Of a stretch of DNA of 64,000 bases, positions 60,826 to 64,000 are shown piece by piece. The notes beneath the pieces were generated by a model, which had not been told where the DNA came from, searched no databases, and saw only the letters and a program-made list of their open reading frames with translations. Every line of letters begins with the position of its first letter. Position 1 is the first letter of the stretch. The DNA comes from a virus (lineage: Duplodnaviria; Caudoviricetes), in IMG/VR virus record IMGVR_UViG_3300031998_000028, positions 32,001 through 96,000 of that record; one strand, given 5' to 3'. The position numbers and the translations under genes were made by a program.

Positions 60826-61092
60826 TCATTCCTCGCTTGTCCATTTGTCTATCTCCTTCCCTACTTTTTCCTCATAGTCCCAGATATCCATGTATGGGTG
60901 TTCATGGACAAACCGCGCGGCTTCCTCGTAGAAGTCGAAGTTGCTGATGCAGTCTTCGCGGTCATGAATTGCATACGCAAGCAGATGATATGCGGTCTTG
61001 TATGTGCCTGCGCGCTCGTAGTCACAACGATTTGACCAGTAACGCTCGCGCGCGAGGAACATCGCGGCAACCAGTTTCAGAAGCATTTCCAT
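60826..61092 (-). CDS. Hypothetical protein
   Basis: Promoter and AAGGAG RBS. Confidence 0.6.
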   Translation of the reverse strand: MEMLLKLVAAMFLARERYWSNRCDYERAGTYKTAYHLLAYAIHDREDCISNFDFYEEAARFVHEHPYMDIWDYEEKVGKEIDKWTSEE

Positions 61093-61255
61093 TTTTAATT
61101 CTCCTTTCTCTTTCTGATAATAATATATCATACTCTACCTCAAATTGCAAGTTACAAATAGTTACAAATGGTTAGCATATACTAACCGCCCGGTCGCCCG
61201 CGGACTTTAATGATTTAAAGCGCTAAAGTGAACAACAATAAAAAAAGACGGAATA

Positions 61256-61552
61256 TTATTCCGTCTTTTCCTTGGCCTTGGCGGCCTCCTTCTTCTTGGC
61301 GGCCGCCTTCTCGGCGCGCTCCTTGCGGTCACGCACCTTGTCGGCGTACGTGTCACGCTTGAGATAGTTGTCATCGCCCCTATCCTTGGGCACCTTGACC
61401 ACAACCTCGACGAAACCTTCCTCACCGTCAAGGACAACAGGGAAGTTGAAAGAGTTGGACTCAATCATTCCCACATCTTCACCCAGACCCTCAAGAAACT
61501 TGAAAATCTGCTCCACGTACATGGCACGAACCTTGTCTGCGAACTTCATCAT
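61256..61552 (-). CDS. Hypothetical protein with K/A-rich tail, paralog B
   Basis: Promoter and RBS; similar to 58489-58803. Confidence 0.72.
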   Translation of the reverse strand: MMKFADKVRAMYVEQIFKFLEGLGEDVGMIESNSFNFPVVLDGEEGFVEVVVKVPKDRGDDNYLKRDTYADKVRDRKERAEKAAAKKKEAAKAKEKTE

Positions 61553-61866
61553 TGAAATCGCTCCTTTCCTTTACTTTCTATATGTATTATACCACGGATT
61601 AACCAAAAAGTCAAGTTACAATTTGGTTACAAAAGAGGGAGTTTTGGTCTTCTTTTTCGGCTTGCGCGCTCTCGCCTACACTTGGGAACATACATACCAT
61701 TAGCCTCGCCCACAGGGTCTCGCTCCCTCTTTCTAAGTATAATATAACAGAATCAAAGTCCAATAAAAATGCCTTCCATACTTTAAATCGTTAAAGTGCC
61801 CGGCCCGCCCCGCACTTCACCACGTTAAAGTAATAAAGTGAATAAATATAAAAAAATAATGGATAC

Positions 61867-62505
61867 TTACCAAAGGTATCCATCATTTTCCGAAATAGTT
61901 ACAAGGCAGTAACTAAAAATGTCCTTTTCAATCATGCAATCCGCAAGACCAGTGTGTTCTTCAACAAAATCGTTACAATTCGTCAGAAATCTGTAAATAA
62001 TTTCCGCAGTATAACGATTTTCGTTACGCTTCGTAACATAATTGTTACTAATGCAGAACTCACGATAATCGGCATTATTACCGAAAGTAATCTTGGACAT
62101 TTTCAGAGTATCAATAATCTTGATACCATAAGGGAAAAAGTACCGATACTTGGAAGAAGTGATATAACACTTAGTATTATTCAACGCATTGTAATCAAAC
62201 CTCGCATTGTGGGCAACAATGCCCTGAACGTTCCAGTCCTTGCAAACACGGCGGAAAATCCGCTCAATGGAACGGAAGGACTTAAGGACGCGATAACCGT
62301 CCGTAATATCGTTCCAATACTGCGGAATTTTGTCGGCAAAGAAAGCGGTAGACATAAGTTCGTCATCGCAGAACACATCGGCGTTAACATAACTATAAGA
62401 CGCAAAGGTCTTGCCGTTTTCATCAATGACGGAAAAGCCGACGTCATAGACAAGAGGACACTCAATGTCATTAGTGGTTTCAGTGTCAAGAATAATGTAC
62501 TTCAT
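61867..62505 (-). CDS. DEDDh 3'-5' exonuclease
   Basis: ILDTETT, AHNARFD and HTGLAD motifs. Confidence 0.87.
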   Translation of the reverse strand: MKYIILDTETTNDIECPLVYDVGFSVIDENGKTFASYSYVNADVFCDDELMSTAFFADKIPQYWNDITDGYRVLKSFRSIERIFRRVCKDWNVQGIVAHNARFDYNALNNTKCYITSSKYRYFFPYGIKIIDTLKMSKITFGNNADYREFCISNNYVTKRNENRYTAEIIYRFLTNCNDFVEEHTGLADCMIEKDIFSYCLVTISENDGYLW

Positions 62506-62666
62506 GGGGTTCAATTCCTTTCTTTTACTTTCTGATAATAATATAGCATATCTTAAAGCAAATGTCAAGCCAAAGAATTGGGTTTTTAAAGGGCATTTTT
62601 TGTGCATTTTGACGGCGGACGCCCGGGTGGGAGACTTTACCACGTTAAAGTGATGAAGTCATTTTC

Positions 62667-62843
62667 TTAATACGTATCGAGTCCAATCCATTCGGCTTCC
62701 GCAACCGTATAGAGACCCTCATACTCAATCATGGCGACGTCGCCGAAATTCTCGTCGAGAATCTGCCACGCTTCCTCAAGCGAGGAACACTCAACAAAGA
62801 ACTCCTCACCGCTTTCGTTGTCGATAAACATGAAATCTGCCAT
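62667..62843 (-). CDS. Small acidic protein
   Basis: 58 aa, MADFMFIDNESGEEFF; promoter and RBS. Confidence 0.6.
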   Translation of the reverse strand: MADFMFIDNESGEEFFVECSSLEEAWQILDENFGDVAMIEYEGLYTVAEAEWIGLDTY

Positions 62844-62987
62844 TGTTTTTATCTCCTTTCATTTTCTATATATAATATATCATAGAAAACTCAAAACGTC
62901 AAGTTACAATTTGGTTACAATGAGTTAGCAATGCCTAACTGTACGCCCGGGCGACAACTTTAATACATTAAAGTGCGAAAGAGATTC

Positions 62988-63419
62988 TCAAAAAGTCTTG
63001 AGAACCTCCAAGATATTGTGGGCATCATACGCACCTTCACCCCACATCTTGCGGTTGGGTTCCTCATCGTCAAAGAGGATACCACAACCGATAGTGTTCT
63101 TAGGAGTGCCATACCCCACGATGTTGATGTTGTCCCAGTGGACCGACGGCAAATGCTTACGCAACCACTTGACCTTGGCGGTGGTCACCGCCTTGTCAAA
63201 ATCGGCGTTGGAGTTCTTGGCAAGCCATGAAATCACATTCACCTTGTACCCCTTGCGCTGAAGGGAGTTCAGACGGCGCGCGAGCACCGACATATTCACC
63301 AACGGCTTGGCAACCTCATACGGATACGGATTACCGTCAATCAGATACTGCAACCAGTTCTCAACGCCATAGAAATCAGCAAGAGTGCCGTCCATATCAA
63401 AGTTAATCTCAAAAGTCAT
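62988..63419 (-). CDS. HAD-family 5'(3')-nucleotidase-like protein
   Basis: FDMDGTLADF, K..WL..H and LFDD..N motifs. Confidence 0.8.
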   Translation of the reverse strand: MTFEINFDMDGTLADFYGVENWLQYLIDGNPYPYEVAKPLVNMSVLARRLNSLQRKGYKVNVISWLAKNSNADFDKAVTTAKVKWLRKHLPSVHWDNINIVGYGTPKNTIGCGILFDDEEPNRKMWGEGAYDAHNILEVLKTF

Positions 63420-63630
63420 TCGTTACACTTCCTTTCTGTATACAATATATCACATTTTAGGACAGATTGCAAGTTACAAATAGTTACAGATTTTACTTTC
63501 ACACTTTAATGTGTAAAAGTGCGCCACCTGGTAAGGACTTTAGCGCATTAAAGCGCGAAAGCCTACCGAGAAAAAACGATGCAGAAGAAAATACCCCACA
63601 TCAGCATGGCGCCGATAACTTCGCCCATAA

Positions 63631-63864
63631 TTACACCTCCTCCTCGTCAGGGTCAGGGGGAAGCATCTTGTCCCAACACTTGGGGCAGATGCCACTAATA
63701 AGCATCTCACGCTCGTTGGCGGAGAGGTAGGGGAACGCCACGGCGACTTTGACGCCGTCATCCCAATCCCAGTAATCCTCCTCGTTGACCTCAACGAAGT
63801 TGGCGCAACCGCAGAAGGGGCACTGAGTGACGATGGAGACTTCCTTGTAGTTAATCTTTTTCAT
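63631..63864 (-). CDS. Small Zn-ribbon protein
   Basis: CPFC..ERE.LISGICPKCW; promoter and RBS. Confidence 0.65.
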   Translation of the reverse strand: MKKINYKEVSIVTQCPFCGCANFVEVNEEDYWDWDDGVKVAVAFPYLSANEREMLISGICPKCWDKMLPPDPDEEEV

Positions 63865-64000
63865 GGATTTCAGTTCCTTTCTTTTTCTTACTGTAATCAG
63901 TATATCACATTTTCCTAAAAAGTCAATACTAAATATTGCACAAATTTTTATTTTATTTTTGTGCATATTGACGGCGCGGCCGGGCAGAAGACTTTAACGC

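Larger units (their letters stand above)
59781..64000. repeat. Dispersed intergenic repeat family (CTTTA-N5-TAAAG units plus GC-rich CCCGG cores), about 12 copies
   Basis: Copies near 59781, 59823, 60449, 60490, 61204, 61771, 61814, 62634, 62957, 63496, 63537 and 63991. Confidence 0.75.

Noticed and set aside
59781-64000. CRISPR array
   Set aside because: The repeats are degenerate and separated by whole genes; no cas genes are present.
1-64000. Bacterial chromosome or prophage-host junction suggested by gyrAB, permeases and tRNAs
   Set aside because: Recoding, promoter style and phage-type genes run throughout; no rRNA, integrase or host operon is present.

Overview
This window is part of a large, AT-rich tailed-phage genome (probably infecting gut or rumen Bacillota/Clostridia; the host is an inference) that reads TAG as glutamine (genetic code 15). 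The supplied standard-code ORF track therefore fragments many genes. Joining across in-frame TAGs restores intact genes ending in TAA or TGA, with TAG at conserved Gln positions, and a tRNA with a CTA anticodon is encoded at 40881-40955. Layout: 1-3.2 kb heptose and glycosyltransferase genes; 3.2-7.9 kb gyrA/gyrB; 8-19 kb tail-associated and LRR proteins; 19-35 kb DNA ligase, UvrD helicase, nucleases, endolysin, holin-like proteins and nucleotide salvage; 35-50.4 kb an RNA island; 50.6-57 kb small genes; 57-64 kb a strand-switch region and a repeat-punctuated array of small genes, each with its own promoter. The RNA island holds 36 tRNAs covering all 20 amino acids, a group I intron with an HNH endonuclease in tRNA-Leu(TAA), two ~0.85-kb structured ncRNA candidates and an ArfA-like peptide. 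The most notable candidate new system is a family of six small RNAs sharing a covarying 7-bp terminal stem plus an RCAGC(A/T)A motif. Three lie directly upstream of a Ro60/TROVE-like vWA protein gene; one of these carries a circularly permuted tRNA domain (YrlA-like) and another a tRNA-Thr body lacking its acceptor stem. All calls are from manual reading; no searches were run.
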